Assembly (NCBI GenBank): GCA_051252375.1
Contig: JBPOFY010000005.1
Coordinates: 1-64,000, forward strand
Source of the DNA: Opitutaceae bacterium
GTDB taxonomy: Bacteria > Verrucomicrobiota > Verrucomicrobiia > Opitutales > Coraliomargaritaceae
Reading direction: 5' to 3'
DNA length: 64,000 nucleotides
The number at the start of each line of letters is the position of its first letter. Positions within the stretch are counted from its first letter, which is position 1. Below the pieces are notes generated by a model that saw only the letters and a list, made by a program, of their open reading frames with translations, had not been told where the DNA came from and did not search any database. A program made the translations under genes and the position numbers. Shown one piece after another: positions 19,001-29,609 of the stretch.

Positions 19001-19850
19001 CGATATTGCTTTGGTTCTCATCTAGCAGAGCGGAGTCATTATTGTTCGTATAGGGGTCGGTTCCAGCATTCGTGTAGATCAACAGATTGTTATTTGCGAC
19101 TAGTTGTAGTCGAATGGAAAGCTCAACTTCGTAGACTCCTGTTACGCGGTTGATTGCAGTGACGACTGCGGCGAGGCCACTGTTAACAGTGCCGCCATGA
19201 TAGGCGGTATATTCTCCAGTCGTCGCACAGGCTAGACGATAAGTGCGGAGGGTCGCGCCGCTACGTGCTGCGGTGCTTGGCGAAATTGTTTTTGAGCGGT
19301 ATATATCATCGCCGTCGACCAAGCAACTGAAGTCATTGTCTGATTTCTGGTAGTCGCGCTTGAAGTAGGAGATGGCACGGGTTGTATCACCTAAGGTTTC
19401 AGGGTCGATGTAGACTGCTCCATCTGGCGAGAGGACTTGGGCGTGAAAGCCATTGGGTGAGGTGTCGATCCGCAAGCTTGCGGCAGGATCATCGATTCCC
19501 CAGCCAGTGTAGGTCTTGATTTCGGGATAGTTTGCTGCCAGCTCGGGCGCCATAACTTGGGTCTCTAAGATCGCAAAGCGGGCGAAACTTCCATCCGGCA
19601 TCGGCAGGTAGATGGTCTTGCCTATGCTTGCCCTGCTGGAGCCTTCCCGTGGCGTTTTGGCTAGCAGTGTTTGCTGTGCGGCTTGGTCAATCTCCAGAGT
19701 CTTGTATACGGATAATCTGTTCGACTTCGTGGCACCCTTTGCGGCTGTTGTAGTTTCAAACTGCCACACTCCGTCGGGTGACTGCTGTGCTTGTAGCGCG
19801 GTTGTCAGCAGGCATATGAATGGGATGCAAAGTTTAAATATGCGTCTCAT
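16086..19850 (-). CDS. Secreted reprolysin-like (M12B) zinc metallopeptidase with P-domain, Calx-beta-like domain and C-terminal tail
   Basis: Signal peptide, HEIGHQFGANH, Met-turn TIMSYAG, ITHTWIGDL...GTWTLHV P-domain, SAIAGSDY...EEDERF. Confidence 0.88.
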   Translation of the reverse strand: MRRIFKLCIPFICLLTTALQAQQSPDGVWQFETTTAAKGATKSNRLSVYKTLEIDQAAQQTLLAKTPREGSSRASIGKTIYLPMPDGSFARFAILETQVMAPELAANYPEIKTYTGWGIDDPAASLRIDTSPNGFHAQVLSPDGAVYIDPETLGDTTRAISYFKRDYQKSDNDFSCLVDGDDIYRSKTISPSTAARSGATLRTYRLACATTGEYTAYHGGTVNSGLAAVVTAINRVTGVYEVELSIRLQLVANNNLLIYTNAGTDPYTNNNDSALLDENQSNIDSVIGDANYDIGHVFSTDGGGLANLASVGISGQKAEGETGLSNPTGDPFYIDYVAHEIGHQFGANHTFNGDSGSCSGNRNASTAYEPGSGSTIMSYAGICGNDDFQNNSDPQFHSISLDEILSHVDGTISAVGTRTATGNSVPSINAGDDYTIPAQTPFTLTASASDSDGNGSLTYSWEQRDLGPQLDLNAGDNGFSPLFRVWTPTSDPTRTFPRVSDMVNNTVPSGETMPTTTRTMNFRATVRDNASNGGGVDTDDMIINVVNTGAPFLVTSPNTAVNWPAYSAQTITWNVAGTTGNGINASNVSIDLSTDGGLTYPITILASTPNDGSQQITLPSNQTSQARIRVMGESNIFFDISDQNFTISAPQDGFLVTSTPENDSVCAPADAIFTINVPSTGTFTAPVTLSANGLPAGTSASFSTNPVTPDNSTTLTISVTGSAASGTYPIEIEGNGGSQQSSAFIALEISNGVPNSVNLISPSQGASEGSTPSFEWSAVAATNYRLEVDDDPAFGSPESSILTDLTTATISSPLTANTPYYWRVTSINHCGETTSEYRYFTTQTDGALPEICSSPNVAIPDDDSNGVTDTLITSETGTITDLDLRLNITHTWIGDLTVVLTHVDTGTSVMVVDWPGYPEDSGGSSENNIIVILDDEAALTVEDNSPYTTNAHYSPNNPLSAFDGESLTGTWTLHVNDDLGGDTGTLVSWCLQPTVSGLATVFPRLSAGNVAEFEDAGIINIPYSLDSASSASTSFDYSTQNDSAIAGSDYVAESDTANITASTTSGSLTITLSADSIFEEDERFYLILDNPQGMIIPDNLVEITLSDRNADVIDWLSNNGLNLADLDVDGDNDGINTLLEFSFNLNPNTNSIVYYDPLASVGVNGPTGLPLIELSNEGNNSRLQITYPRRKTVPGMKLDYANWFSNSLSGWIENTNESVESIDSDWEKVSVSDSFTIQTAPEQKRFGKVTIDND

Positions 19851-20091
19851 TTGCAGGAGGTTGGCCGAGTTAAAGAGCATCTGCTGACGGTAAGCATTAC
19901 TTTAGTAGATGCAAGGTTAGGGATTTGAATGGAGGGGTAGATTGGCGCCCCTATTTAGTGGATGTCGACGTCGGCTGTGAGATTTTTACAAAAATATTAA
20001 ACTCATATTGCCAGCGGTTTGATATTCTTCATTTAAGTGCGGCATGGATGAAGAAACAACACCTTAACTCGTCACTGAAGCAGTTGCTGCA

Positions 20092-20949
20092 GTGGCTAAT
20101 AATGCGGAACCTGTAGCCGCTTCCTCTGGCTCGATTGATGTCGACGCCATCTTGCAAAAGACGAGTGAGACGCTTTCTGAATATGGATTAAACGTCCTCG
20201 CTGCGATCGTTATTTTTATCATTGGTCGTATGTTGGCCAATTTCATTGCCAAGCGTATACGTTGCTTATTGGAAACTCGCAAGGTTGAGCCATCACTGGT
20301 GGGCTTTGCTTCATCGATGGTGCACGCATTGCTTCTTGTGATTGTGGTGATCACTGCTTTGGGGCGGCTCGGTATCCAAACGACTTCGTTTGTTGCGATT
20401 TTGGGTGCTGCCGGTTTGGCGATCGGTTTAGCGCTGCAGGGTTCTTTATCGAACTTTGCCGCGGGTGTGCTAATTCTTATTTTTAAACCTTACCGTGTCG
20501 GCGACTATGTAGTCGCAGGTGGTGGAGAAGGTATTATCGAAGAAATCGGTATTTTTACCACAACATTGATCACGCTCGATAACCGCACGCAAGTGTTGCC
20601 GAATGCAATTGCGACGGGTGGCGTGATCGAAAACTACTCGAAGCGGGGCACACGCCGCCTCGATCTCGTGGCTGGTGTGAGCTATGGCGATGATATCGTG
20701 AAGGTGAAATCGATTTTAAAGGAGATTTTGGACAACGAGCCTCGTATTTTACCCGAACCAGAGCCGACGATTGGATTGATGGAAATGGGGGATAGCTCGA
20801 TTAATTTTGCTTTCCGCCCCTGGGTGAAAGTTGAAGATTATTGGGACTTATTTTTCCACCTACAGGAACGTATTAAGATACGTTTTGATGAAGAGGGCGT
20901 GACTATTCCATTCTCACAGCGCTATGTGCATCTATTTAAAGCGGAGTAA
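20092..20949 (+). CDS. mscS: Small-conductance mechanosensitive channel; true start may be ATG 20044, interrupted by TAA
   Basis: GAAGLAIGLALQGSLSNFAAG, KPYRVGD, GVSYGDD. Confidence 0.85.
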   Translation: MANNAEPVAASSGSIDVDAILQKTSETLSEYGLNVLAAIVIFIIGRMLANFIAKRIRCLLETRKVEPSLVGFASSMVHALLLVIVVITALGRLGIQTTSFVAILGAAGLAIGLALQGSLSNFAAGVLILIFKPYRVGDYVVAGGGEGIIEEIGIFTTTLITLDNRTQVLPNAIATGGVIENYSKRGTRRLDLVAGVSYGDDIVKVKSILKEILDNEPRILPEPEPTIGLMEMGDSSINFAFRPWVKVEDYWDLFFHLQERIKIRFDEEGVTIPFSQRYVHLFKAE

Positions 20950-20966
20950 ATGAGCTCTGTTTAGCG

Positions 20967-21000
20967 AAAGGCGCAGTCAATTCGACTGCGCCTTTTTGTT
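20967..21000 (+). terminator. Intrinsic terminator
   Basis: AAAGGCGCAGTC-AATTC-GACTGCGCCTTT followed by a T-rich tail. Confidence 0.85.
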
Positions 21001-21121
21001 TTATTGGATATTCATGCTTGAATGCGAGGGCTTGAATAACGAGATTAGAACTTAATCTGAATCTGGCTGTCCTAGTCAGTGATCACATTAATATCCCCAT
21101 ATCATTTCACCTGATAGCATT

Positions 21122-23404
21122 ATGTCGCGAATATTGCCCCTTATCCTAGGATTAGTCCTCTTTGTAAACGCGCTCCCTGCGGAGACTGTAGCCGGTATCG
21201 ACCTGACGACGCTGAAGCGTCCAGAGGGATTGGCATTGAATGCCGAGGAGGTTACCATTGAGCGTCGAGAGCAGGGGCGTATACGCGAAGGTCTTAAGCT
21301 GATTGAATCCGGAGAGTACGATGTGAAGCGTAAGGATGGTTATTCAAAGCTTAGGGATGAGACCATTGATAATAGTCACGTGCGTGAGGCTGGTGAGCAG
21401 AAGATCGCTAAAGGCGAGGACATGTTGAAGCTCGCAGAAGAAAACCTGGGGTTGCTTTACGAAGAAGCAGAGAAGCGTCGCGGAACAATGTCGGAAGCTG
21501 CGGATACTGGTCTCCTACGTGAATGGACGAATCAGGATGGTCGTAGCCTAACAGCACTTTTTATTGCTCTGGACGGAGACAAGTTGACGCTTCAAGCGGA
21601 GACAGGGCAAGAGTATGTCGTGCCACTCAGTATGCTGGTGGAAAGTGATCACGCTGCCGCTAAATTAATGGATGACGGCAAGACACTGACTAATGAAGAT
21701 TTCTTGGAGACCATTGAAGTCGGCGGTGTTTCAGCAATGGAAAGATTTTATGAAGCGGGTTATGTCCCAGATGGTAAGACACAGGGCGATGCGCTTGCAT
21801 TGGCGGTTAAGCGTAGTCGAGTGTTGACTCCAATGTTGCAGAAATTGATCGAGAAGGGAATCGATCCGAATCAAACAAACAGTGAGGGACTCTCTGCGCT
21901 TTCTGTTGCTGCTGCTGAGGGTGCGCAGGAGAGTGCAAAATTCCTATTAGAGTCCGGAGCCTCTTCGACAATGAGTGATACCACAGGTGAAGAGCTAACA
22001 CCTCTGCTCTGGGCGATTCACAAGGGTGATGCAGCGATGACGACATTGTTAGCGAGTCGTAGTGAAGGGCTCAGTGAGAATGTTCTAAGTCTTGTTCAAC
22101 TGGCCGAGGCGGAACAGCTTAAGCCTATCGAGCTTGATATGCTTCAACAACTGCGTGCTATCGATAATGGAACCGGTATCAGTTTACAGGATGAGCTGGC
22201 ATTCAGATTGAAGCTTTTCGGTCTGGAGCCAACAATGGCGGGTTTGGAAAAGTGTGTGATTACACGTAGCTTCCGCCCATATGTGGTGAACTATCACGGT
22301 TATGATTTCTATAAGTATACTTTGGATCGTAATGAAGAGTTCATGGATGATAACATTAAGGTCTGGAAGGCCCTCGGCGATAGATCTGTGGGTGCTACTT
22401 ATTCGTTAGCGCTTGCGCAGCTGTATGGTTGGATCGGCTATAAGGATACCGAAATGGCTATCGAGAACCTACAGCAAGGTGCTAAGAAAGATCACCCACC
22501 TTCAATGGTGCTACTGGGTGAGCTTTATGAAGAGGGAATTTATATCGAAAAGAACCCATACGAGGCGTTTAATAACTATCGTAAAGCAGCTGAGATTGGG
22601 GACCCCATCGGCATGGCGAAGCTCGGGCACTGCTACGAGATTGGGCTCCACGTGGACAAAGATGTAGATAAAGCTTTTAATTGGTATGAGCGCGCGACTG
22701 ATACCGGATCTACTGAAGGTATGGCTCAGATGGGTCGTTGCTACATGGAAGGTATTAGCGTGAGGGCGAATGTGAAAACTGGTATTGAATGGTATACCAA
22801 AGCTGCGGAAGCCAATAATTTGTCTGCAATGAATTTCCTCGGTGAGGCTATGTTGCAGGGTCGAGGCCAGCGCAGTAATACTTCTGCGGGTGTCTCTTGG
22901 TTGCAACGTGCCGCTGAGTTTGGTGACCGCTCTGCGTTGTTGAAGCTAGGCTTTGCATACAGCGATGGCACACTTCGTGAAGACGAGGCTTTGGCATCAA
23001 AATACTTCATGGAAGCAGCTGAGCGCGACGAAACTGAAGCAATGTATCAAATCGCTAGACGTTTAGCTACAGGCAATGGGGTGCAAAAAGACCCGAAGGC
23101 TGCATTTAAATGGTATGAAACTGCTGCCGGGCGCGGACATCTCGATGCTGAAAACCAAGTTGCTGTTGCTTATAGCAGTGGTGTGGGCGTCGCTCAAGAT
23201 GAGAAGAAGGCCTTCAGTATCTTTAAGAAAGTTGCTGCGCAAGGACACATGGAAGCCAATGCCAACTTGGCGGTTTGCTATGCTAGAGGCTTGGGCACGA
23301 CTATCGACGAGCAAGAGTCGTCTCGTTTATACTTGGAAGTCGTTAATTCCAGTAACGCGACCGCAAAAGCTATTGTCAAAGTATTGACCCAAGAGCAGGA
23401 TTAA
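21122..23404 (+). CDS. Exported SHD1-like + ankyrin + Sel1-repeat protein
   Basis: Signal peptide; REWTNQDGR..; TPLLWA; many ~36-aa LG..Y..G..A..WY..AA repeats. Confidence 0.8.
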   Translation: MSRILPLILGLVLFVNALPAETVAGIDLTTLKRPEGLALNAEEVTIERREQGRIREGLKLIESGEYDVKRKDGYSKLRDETIDNSHVREAGEQKIAKGEDMLKLAEENLGLLYEEAEKRRGTMSEAADTGLLREWTNQDGRSLTALFIALDGDKLTLQAETGQEYVVPLSMLVESDHAAAKLMDDGKTLTNEDFLETIEVGGVSAMERFYEAGYVPDGKTQGDALALAVKRSRVLTPMLQKLIEKGIDPNQTNSEGLSALSVAAAEGAQESAKFLLESGASSTMSDTTGEELTPLLWAIHKGDAAMTTLLASRSEGLSENVLSLVQLAEAEQLKPIELDMLQQLRAIDNGTGISLQDELAFRLKLFGLEPTMAGLEKCVITRSFRPYVVNYHGYDFYKYTLDRNEEFMDDNIKVWKALGDRSVGATYSLALAQLYGWIGYKDTEMAIENLQQGAKKDHPPSMVLLGELYEEGIYIEKNPYEAFNNYRKAAEIGDPIGMAKLGHCYEIGLHVDKDVDKAFNWYERATDTGSTEGMAQMGRCYMEGISVRANVKTGIEWYTKAAEANNLSAMNFLGEAMLQGRGQRSNTSAGVSWLQRAAEFGDRSALLKLGFAYSDGTLREDEALASKYFMEAAERDETEAMYQIARRLATGNGVQKDPKAAFKWYETAAGRGHLDAENQVAVAYSSGVGVAQDEKKAFSIFKKVAAQGHMEANANLAVCYARGLGTTIDEQESSRLYLEVVNSSNATAKAIVKVLTQEQD

Positions 23405-23450
23405 TTGCCATTTTCTGAGTGTTCATCACTTTGCTTGATGTGCTTTGTGA

Positions 23451-24155
23451 ATGAATGACTTGCAGCTACATGATCGGTCGCGATTAAAGTCTTCGCTATA
23501 CTTATTAGGTGTAGATGAGGCGGGGCGTGGTTGTTTGGCTGGGCCTGTGGTCGCTGGTGCCTGTTTGATAAAAGAGGATTTTTTTGAGGATATCTCTGCG
23601 GTCGAGCGCAGTGCCTTGATCAATGACTCCAAGCAATTGAGTGCAGAGGCTCGTGAGGCTCAGTTCTGTTTATTGGAGGAGCTGAAATCTGAGGGTCTCT
23701 TGGACTTCGCAGTGGCTTCCGGTTCTGTTGAGGAGATAGCTGCGCTGAACATTCTCGGGGCGACACGATTAGCGATGCAACGTGCGATGGAAGAGTTGGC
23801 TGGGCGTGCTACTGGTTGGAAGCTGTCGACGCAGTATGATGAGGATCCATTGTTTTCTTCGGGCGGCGGTAGTTCGGTGGAGGTGATTGTCGATGGTAGA
23901 CCATTGAAACCGTTTCCGTATTTGCATGAAGGCATCGTCAAAGGTGATGGCAAATCGCTCTCCATTGCGATGGCGAGTATCGCTGCGAAGGTCACGCGTG
24001 ATCGATTGATGAAGGCGCTTGCCGCAAAGCATCCAGGTTACGGTTTTGAGACGCATAAGGGGTATGGCACCGCTCAACACCGTGCGGCTTTGCTATCGTT
24101 GGGACCATGTGTGGAGCATAGAGAGTTGTTTTTAAGAAAGATTTTGATGTTGTGA
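23451..24155 (+). CDS. rnhB: Ribonuclease HII
   Basis: GVDEAGRGCLAGPV, DSKQL, KGDGKS, SIAAKVTRD, HKGYGT. Confidence 0.93.
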   Translation: MNDLQLHDRSRLKSSLYLLGVDEAGRGCLAGPVVAGACLIKEDFFEDISAVERSALINDSKQLSAEAREAQFCLLEELKSEGLLDFAVASGSVEEIAALNILGATRLAMQRAMEELAGRATGWKLSTQYDEDPLFSSGGGSSVEVIVDGRPLKPFPYLHEGIVKGDGKSLSIAMASIAAKVTRDRLMKALAAKHPGYGFETHKGYGTAQHRAALLSLGPCVEHRELFLRKILML

Positions 24156-24194
24156 GTTGAGCATTCGCGGTTGTGAGTGGAGTTTATCGTTTTT

Positions 24195-25043
24195 ATGTGC
24201 CGACTATTCACAGCTTTTATCTTCATGCTCTCCTTACTGGCTTCATCGCTGCAGGCAGTGGAGGTGTGGGTGACGATTGCGCCGCAAAAGTTTTTCGTGG
24301 AAAAAGTAGGCGGCGACTTGGTTTCGGTGACTGTTTTGGTGAAGCCTGGGCAGAGCCCAGAATTGTATGCGCCTAGCGCAGCACAGTTGGCGAAGTTGAC
24401 TCGTGCCGATGCGTATATCGGTATTGGTATGCCGGTGGAGCATAAAGTAATACCTCGAATTGAGGCTTCTATGTCGTCGGTTCGGGTTCTGCAAACCGGA
24501 GAACTCAATGACGCGCACCATCATGAGCATCACGAAGGTTGTGTGCATGGAGATCAGGACCCGCATATCTGGATGGATCCGATCGCGATGCAATCTAAGG
24601 TGGATCAAATCTGTGAACTATTGTCGGCTTTGTTGCCTGATGCCGCCGAAGTCTTTGAAGCAAATGCGGTCTCATTGAAAGCAGAGTTAGCTGCTTTAGA
24701 TCGTGATCTGGCAGAGCGTTTTACGTCTCATGAAGGGCGCGCATTTTATATCAATCATCCATCGCTTGGGTATTTTGCAGAGCGCTATGGCTTGTTGCAG
24801 CATTCTTTAGAGCAGGCGGGCACAGCGCCTTCGGCCCGTCGTATTGCAGAGGTGATAAAAGCCGCGCGTGCGGATCGTGTGGGTGCAGTCTTTACCCAGC
24901 CTGAATTTGGCAAGTCGAGTGCCTCTGTGCTGGCACGGGCGCTTGGAGTCGATGTCGTGGAAGTGAATCCGCTTGCAGAGGACTATATTGGCAATCTGAA
25001 GTTGATTGCTCAATTGATTGAGGGGAGTTTTCGCAATGACTGA
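24195..25043 (+). CDS. Zn/Mn ABC transporter substrate-binding protein (ZnuA-like)
   Basis: Signal peptide, His-rich loop HHHEHHEGCVH, DPHIW. Confidence 0.85.
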   Translation: MCRLFTAFIFMLSLLASSLQAVEVWVTIAPQKFFVEKVGGDLVSVTVLVKPGQSPELYAPSAAQLAKLTRADAYIGIGMPVEHKVIPRIEASMSSVRVLQTGELNDAHHHEHHEGCVHGDQDPHIWMDPIAMQSKVDQICELLSALLPDAAEVFEANAVSLKAELAALDRDLAERFTSHEGRAFYINHPSLGYFAERYGLLQHSLEQAGTAPSARRIAEVIKAARADRVGAVFTQPEFGKSSASVLARALGVDVVEVNPLAEDYIGNLKLIAQLIEGSFRND

Positions 25044-25839
25044 GGCGTCGCATAATAACTGTGGTTGTGTGAGCCATTCAGGCGAGCCAGTGATCTGTTT
25101 TGAAGAGGTGTCGTTCCGATATGGTCGCTCTTTGATTATCGAAGATGCTGATTTTGATATATACAAAGGGGAGTCGGTTTGCGTGGTCGGACCGAATGGT
25201 GGCGGCAAATCGACTTTGCTCAAGCTGATGCTCGGTTTACTGGAGCCCGAGACGGGCTCAGTTCGGTTGCTCGGTGGTTCTCCTCGAAAGGCTCGGGCAC
25301 AGGTAGGATACGTGCCCCAGCATATCAATTTTGATCCATTGTTTCCGGTCTCGGCACTCGATGTCGTTCTTATGGGCTGCTTGGGACGGGGTAGTTTTGG
25401 CTTTCGCAGTCGGTCGGATTTGGCTCGGGCGATGGACGCGCTGGATAAGATGGGCTTGGTCGCTAAAGCGAAAGAGCCGTTTGCCAGCCTTTCGGGTGGC
25501 CAGCGACAGGCGGTCCTGATCGCACGGGCGCTTGCAGGAGAGGCTGAGGTGCTCTTGTTGGACGAGCCGACTGCTCACGTCGATGTGGCGGCTGAAGAGC
25601 GCCTGATGAAGAGCCTGAAGGATCTGGACGCACATTTGACTTTGATCACGGTTTCCCACGACTTGGCCTTTGTTTCGCGCTCAGTGCCTAAAGTTATTTG
25701 CGTGAATCGTTGTGTGCACGTGCATCCGACTGCAGAGCTCACGGATGCGCGCATTCGGCAGCTTTATGGGCATGATGTGCGGATGGTGCAGCATGATCAT
25801 GAGCACCTAGATAGTCATGGAGGGCATCATCATGGCTGA
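25036..25839 (+). CDS. Zn/Mn ABC transporter ATPase (ZnuC-like)
   Basis: GPNGGGKST, GYVPQ, LSGGQ, LLDEPT, His-rich tail. Confidence 0.88.
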   Translation: MTEASHNNCGCVSHSGEPVICFEEVSFRYGRSLIIEDADFDIYKGESVCVVGPNGGGKSTLLKLMLGLLEPETGSVRLLGGSPRKARAQVGYVPQHINFDPLFPVSALDVVLMGCLGRGSFGFRSRSDLARAMDALDKMGLVAKAKEPFASLSGGQRQAVLIARALAGEAEVLLLDEPTAHVDVAAEERLMKSLKDLDAHLTLITVSHDLAFVSRSVPKVICVNRCVHVHPTAELTDARIRQLYGHDVRMVQHDHEHLDSHGGHHHG

Positions 25840-26674
25840 GTTTATACGTGCTCTATTGGACCCTGATATGGGATTTTTGCGAAATGCGCTGTTTTTGGGG
25901 CTGATTGGCAGTATTCCGCTGGGTGCTGTGGGGACGTTTGTCGTGGCGAGACGTGTCAGCTATCTTGCGGCTGCCATCGCTCACTCTGTGCTAGGTGGCA
26001 TAGGAGCTTCGCTGTATTGTAGAGAGGTGCTGGGTTGGGCGTGGTTACACCCCATGTTGGGGGCACTGATGGCTGCAGTGCTGTCTGCTTGCCTAATTGG
26101 TTGGGTTTCATTGCACTCAAAGCAGCGTGAAGACGCTGTTATTGGAGCGATTTGGGTGACCGGTATGGCGATAGGCCTACTATTTATTGCCCGCACGCCC
26201 GGCTATGTGGACGGAATGGCCTACTTATTTGGCGATATCTTGCTCGTTTCTAGCTTTGATTTATGGATTGCAGGTGGGGTAGGTGTCTTAATTTTGGCGA
26301 TTTTACTATGCTGGCATCGTCAGATTGTAGCGGTTTGCTTCGATGCCGAGTTTGCTTCGATACGTGGTGTGCGGGCGGATTGGATCTATTTACTCCTGCT
26401 GTTACTGACCGCTCTGACCGTGGTGATATTAGTGTCTTTGGTTGGCGTGGTGCTTGTCATAGCCCTGTTGACTTTGCCGCCGGCGATTGCGGCTTTAAGG
26501 GCGCGGAGCCTCGGCGGCATGCTCTTTGCGGCGATTTTGATGAATATTGCCTTTGTTTTTGTCGGTCTAGGGCTCAGTTTTGCGCTCGATTTACCTACTG
26601 GACCCTCGATCATTTTGCTCGCCGCGGCGGTATACTTGATCTCCAACGGGGCGAAATGCTTGTTCAGCCGCTAA
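25832..26674 (+). CDS. Zn/Mn ABC transporter permease (ZnuB-like)
   Basis: AIAHSVLGG, REDAVIG, YLFGDIL. Confidence 0.88.
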   Translation: MAEFIRALLDPDMGFLRNALFLGLIGSIPLGAVGTFVVARRVSYLAAAIAHSVLGGIGASLYCREVLGWAWLHPMLGALMAAVLSACLIGWVSLHSKQREDAVIGAIWVTGMAIGLLFIARTPGYVDGMAYLFGDILLVSSFDLWIAGGVGVLILAILLCWHRQIVAVCFDAEFASIRGVRADWIYLLLLLLTALTVVILVSLVGVVLVIALLTLPPAIAALRARSLGGMLFAAILMNIAFVFVGLGLSFALDLPTGPSIILLAAAVYLISNGAKCLFSR

Positions 26675-26726
26675 ATTAGGGCGATTCATACCTGAAAAAT
26701 AAGCATAGATTTTTTTTAAATAAGTG

Positions 26727-26755
26727 TTGACTGCACTATACCCGCTCACCACTTT
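26727..26755 (+). promoter_or_regulatory. Candidate sigma-70 promoter of the tRNA-Thr/tuf cluster
   Basis: TTGACT-N17-CACTTT preceded by an AT-rich tract. Confidence 0.4.
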
Positions 26756-26819
26756 CCCCATCTTTCTTTTTTCAACCCTAAGCGTTGTTGAAGGTCGACA
26801 CAATCAACTTTCCCAATTT

Positions 26820-26894
<75 letters not shown>

Positions 26895-26931
26895 CTCATC
26901 ATCAAACAATCTCTCAACACAATATAATATC

Positions 26932-28122
26932 ATGGCTAAGGAAACATTCGAAAGAACAAAACCACACGTCAACGTCGGAACAATCGGACACATTGACCAC
27001 GGTAAGACAACTACAACAACTGCGATCCTTAAGGTTCAAGCAGACAAAGGCCTTGCTACGTTCAAGTCCTATGCTGACATCGCTAAGGGTGGAACAGTTC
27101 GTGACTCAACAAAGACAGTTACAATTGCTGTAGCTCACGTTGAATACGAAACTGAAAACCGTCACTACGCACACGTTGACTGCCCAGGGCACGCTGACTT
27201 CGTTAAGAACATGATTACAGGTGCTGCTCAAATGGACGGCGCTATCCTTGTTGTTTCTGCTTCTGATGGCCCTATGCCACAGACTCGTGAGCACATCCTT
27301 CTTGCTAAGCAAGTTGGTGTTCCAACAATCGTTGTTTGGTTGAACAAAGTTGACCTCCTTGACGACGAAGAGCTTCTTGAGCTCGTTGAAATGGAAGTTC
27401 GCGATCTTCTTTCTAAATACGACTACCCTGGTGATGACATCACTATCGTTCGTGGTTCTGCTACAGCAGCGCTCGAAGACAAGCCAGGTGGTGCAGATGC
27501 GATCACAGCGCTTATGGCTGCTATCGACAACGACATCGCTGAGCCTGCTCGCGAAATCGACAAGCCACTCCTTATGTCAGTTGAAGACGTTTTCTCGATC
27601 ACTGGTCGTGGAACTGTTGCAACTGGTCGTATCGAGCGTGGTATCGTTAAAGTTGGTGAAGAAATCGAGATCGTTGGTCTTGGCGACACAATGAAGACAA
27701 CAGTTACTGGTGTTGAAATGTTCCGCAAGCAACTCGATCAAGGTATGGCCGGCGACAATGTTGGTATCCTTCTCCGTGGTGTTGATAAAGAGTCTATCGA
27801 GCGTGGTCACGTTATCGCGAAGCCAGGCACAATCACTCCACACACTACAGCACAAGCTGAGCTTTATGTCCTTTCTAAGGAAGAAGGCGGACGCCACACA
27901 CCATTCTTCGATGGTTACCGTCCACAATTCTTCTTCGGCACAGCTGACGTTACTGGTATCATCAAGTGCCCAGAGGGTGTTGAGATGGTCATGCCAGGTG
28001 ATAACATTACCGTTACTATTGAGCTCGGTAAGAAGATCGCTATGGAAGCTGGTCAACGTTTCGCGATTCGCGAAGGTGGCCGCACTATCGGTGCTGGCCG
28101 TATCGTAGAAGTGACTGCTTAA
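26932..28122 (+). CDS. tuf: Elongation factor Tu
   Basis: [29 protein letters not shown]. Confidence 0.98.
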   Translation: MAKETFERTKPHVNVGTIGHIDHGKTTTTTAILKVQADKGLATFKSYADIAKGGTVRDSTKTVTIAVAHVEYETENRHYAHVDCPGHADFVKNMITGAAQMDGAILVVSASDGPMPQTREHILLAKQVGVPTIVVWLNKVDLLDDEELLELVEMEVRDLLSKYDYPGDDITIVRGSATAALEDKPGGADAITALMAAIDNDIAEPAREIDKPLLMSVEDVFSITGRGTVATGRIERGIVKVGEEIEIVGLGDTMKTTVTGVEMFRKQLDQGMAGDNVGILLRGVDKESIERGHVIAKPGTITPHTTAQAELYVLSKEEGGRHTPFFDGYRPQFFFGTADVTGIIKCPEGVEMVMPGDNITVTIELGKKIAMEAGQRFAIREGGRTIGAGRIVEVTA

Positions 28123-28218
28123 GTCACTGACCCGATAGCCAAATCACAGTTTTCGCCGAGGGCTCTTTCATGGGCCCTCGGCTTCACTGTTTAAATCGAA
28201 TTTCACATAAATTTCCAC

Positions 28219-28296
<78 letters not shown>

Positions 28297-28306
28297 TTTT
28301 CAAAAA

Positions 28307-28513
28307 ATGAAAAATCCATTCACCAGCATTCGTCTCTTTTATAAAGAGACAATTACCGAGCTTAAAAAGGCTTCTTGGCCTACAAAAACTGAATTGCGCG
28401 ATTCGACGATCCTTGTGTTGGTCGCTACTGCGATTCTTGGCTCATACATCGCGCTGATTGACTTCTCGCTGATGAATGGTGTCGAGTTGCTCACCTCTTG
28501 GGTGCGCGGCTAG
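28307..28513 (+). CDS. secE: Preprotein translocase subunit SecE
   Basis: ELKKASWP motif, one TM segment, synteny. Confidence 0.92.
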   Translation: MKNPFTSIRLFYKETITELKKASWPTKTELRDSTILVLVATAILGSYIALIDFSLMNGVELLTSWVRG

Positions 28514-28558
28514 TCTTAGCGGTTTCGCTACCTCTTAATATTATATACATACGCGCAT

Positions 28559-29125
<567 letters not shown>

Positions 29126-29131
29126 TCAGCC

Positions 29132-29557
<426 letters not shown>

Positions 29558-29609
29558 CACTTTCTCGAAGTCACAAAGACTTCGGATTAACCACAAAGAT
29601 ATACATAAC

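Noticed and set aside
11713..24155. Both RNase HII and RNase HIII present
   Set aside because: Known combination in several phyla, including Chlamydiae and Bacillota; the genes are unlinked
27060..27135. Non-canonical EF-Tu switch-I ([17 protein letters not shown])
   Set aside because: Recalled as a lineage trait of Verrucomicrobia/Planctomycetes, so used only as a taxonomic clue
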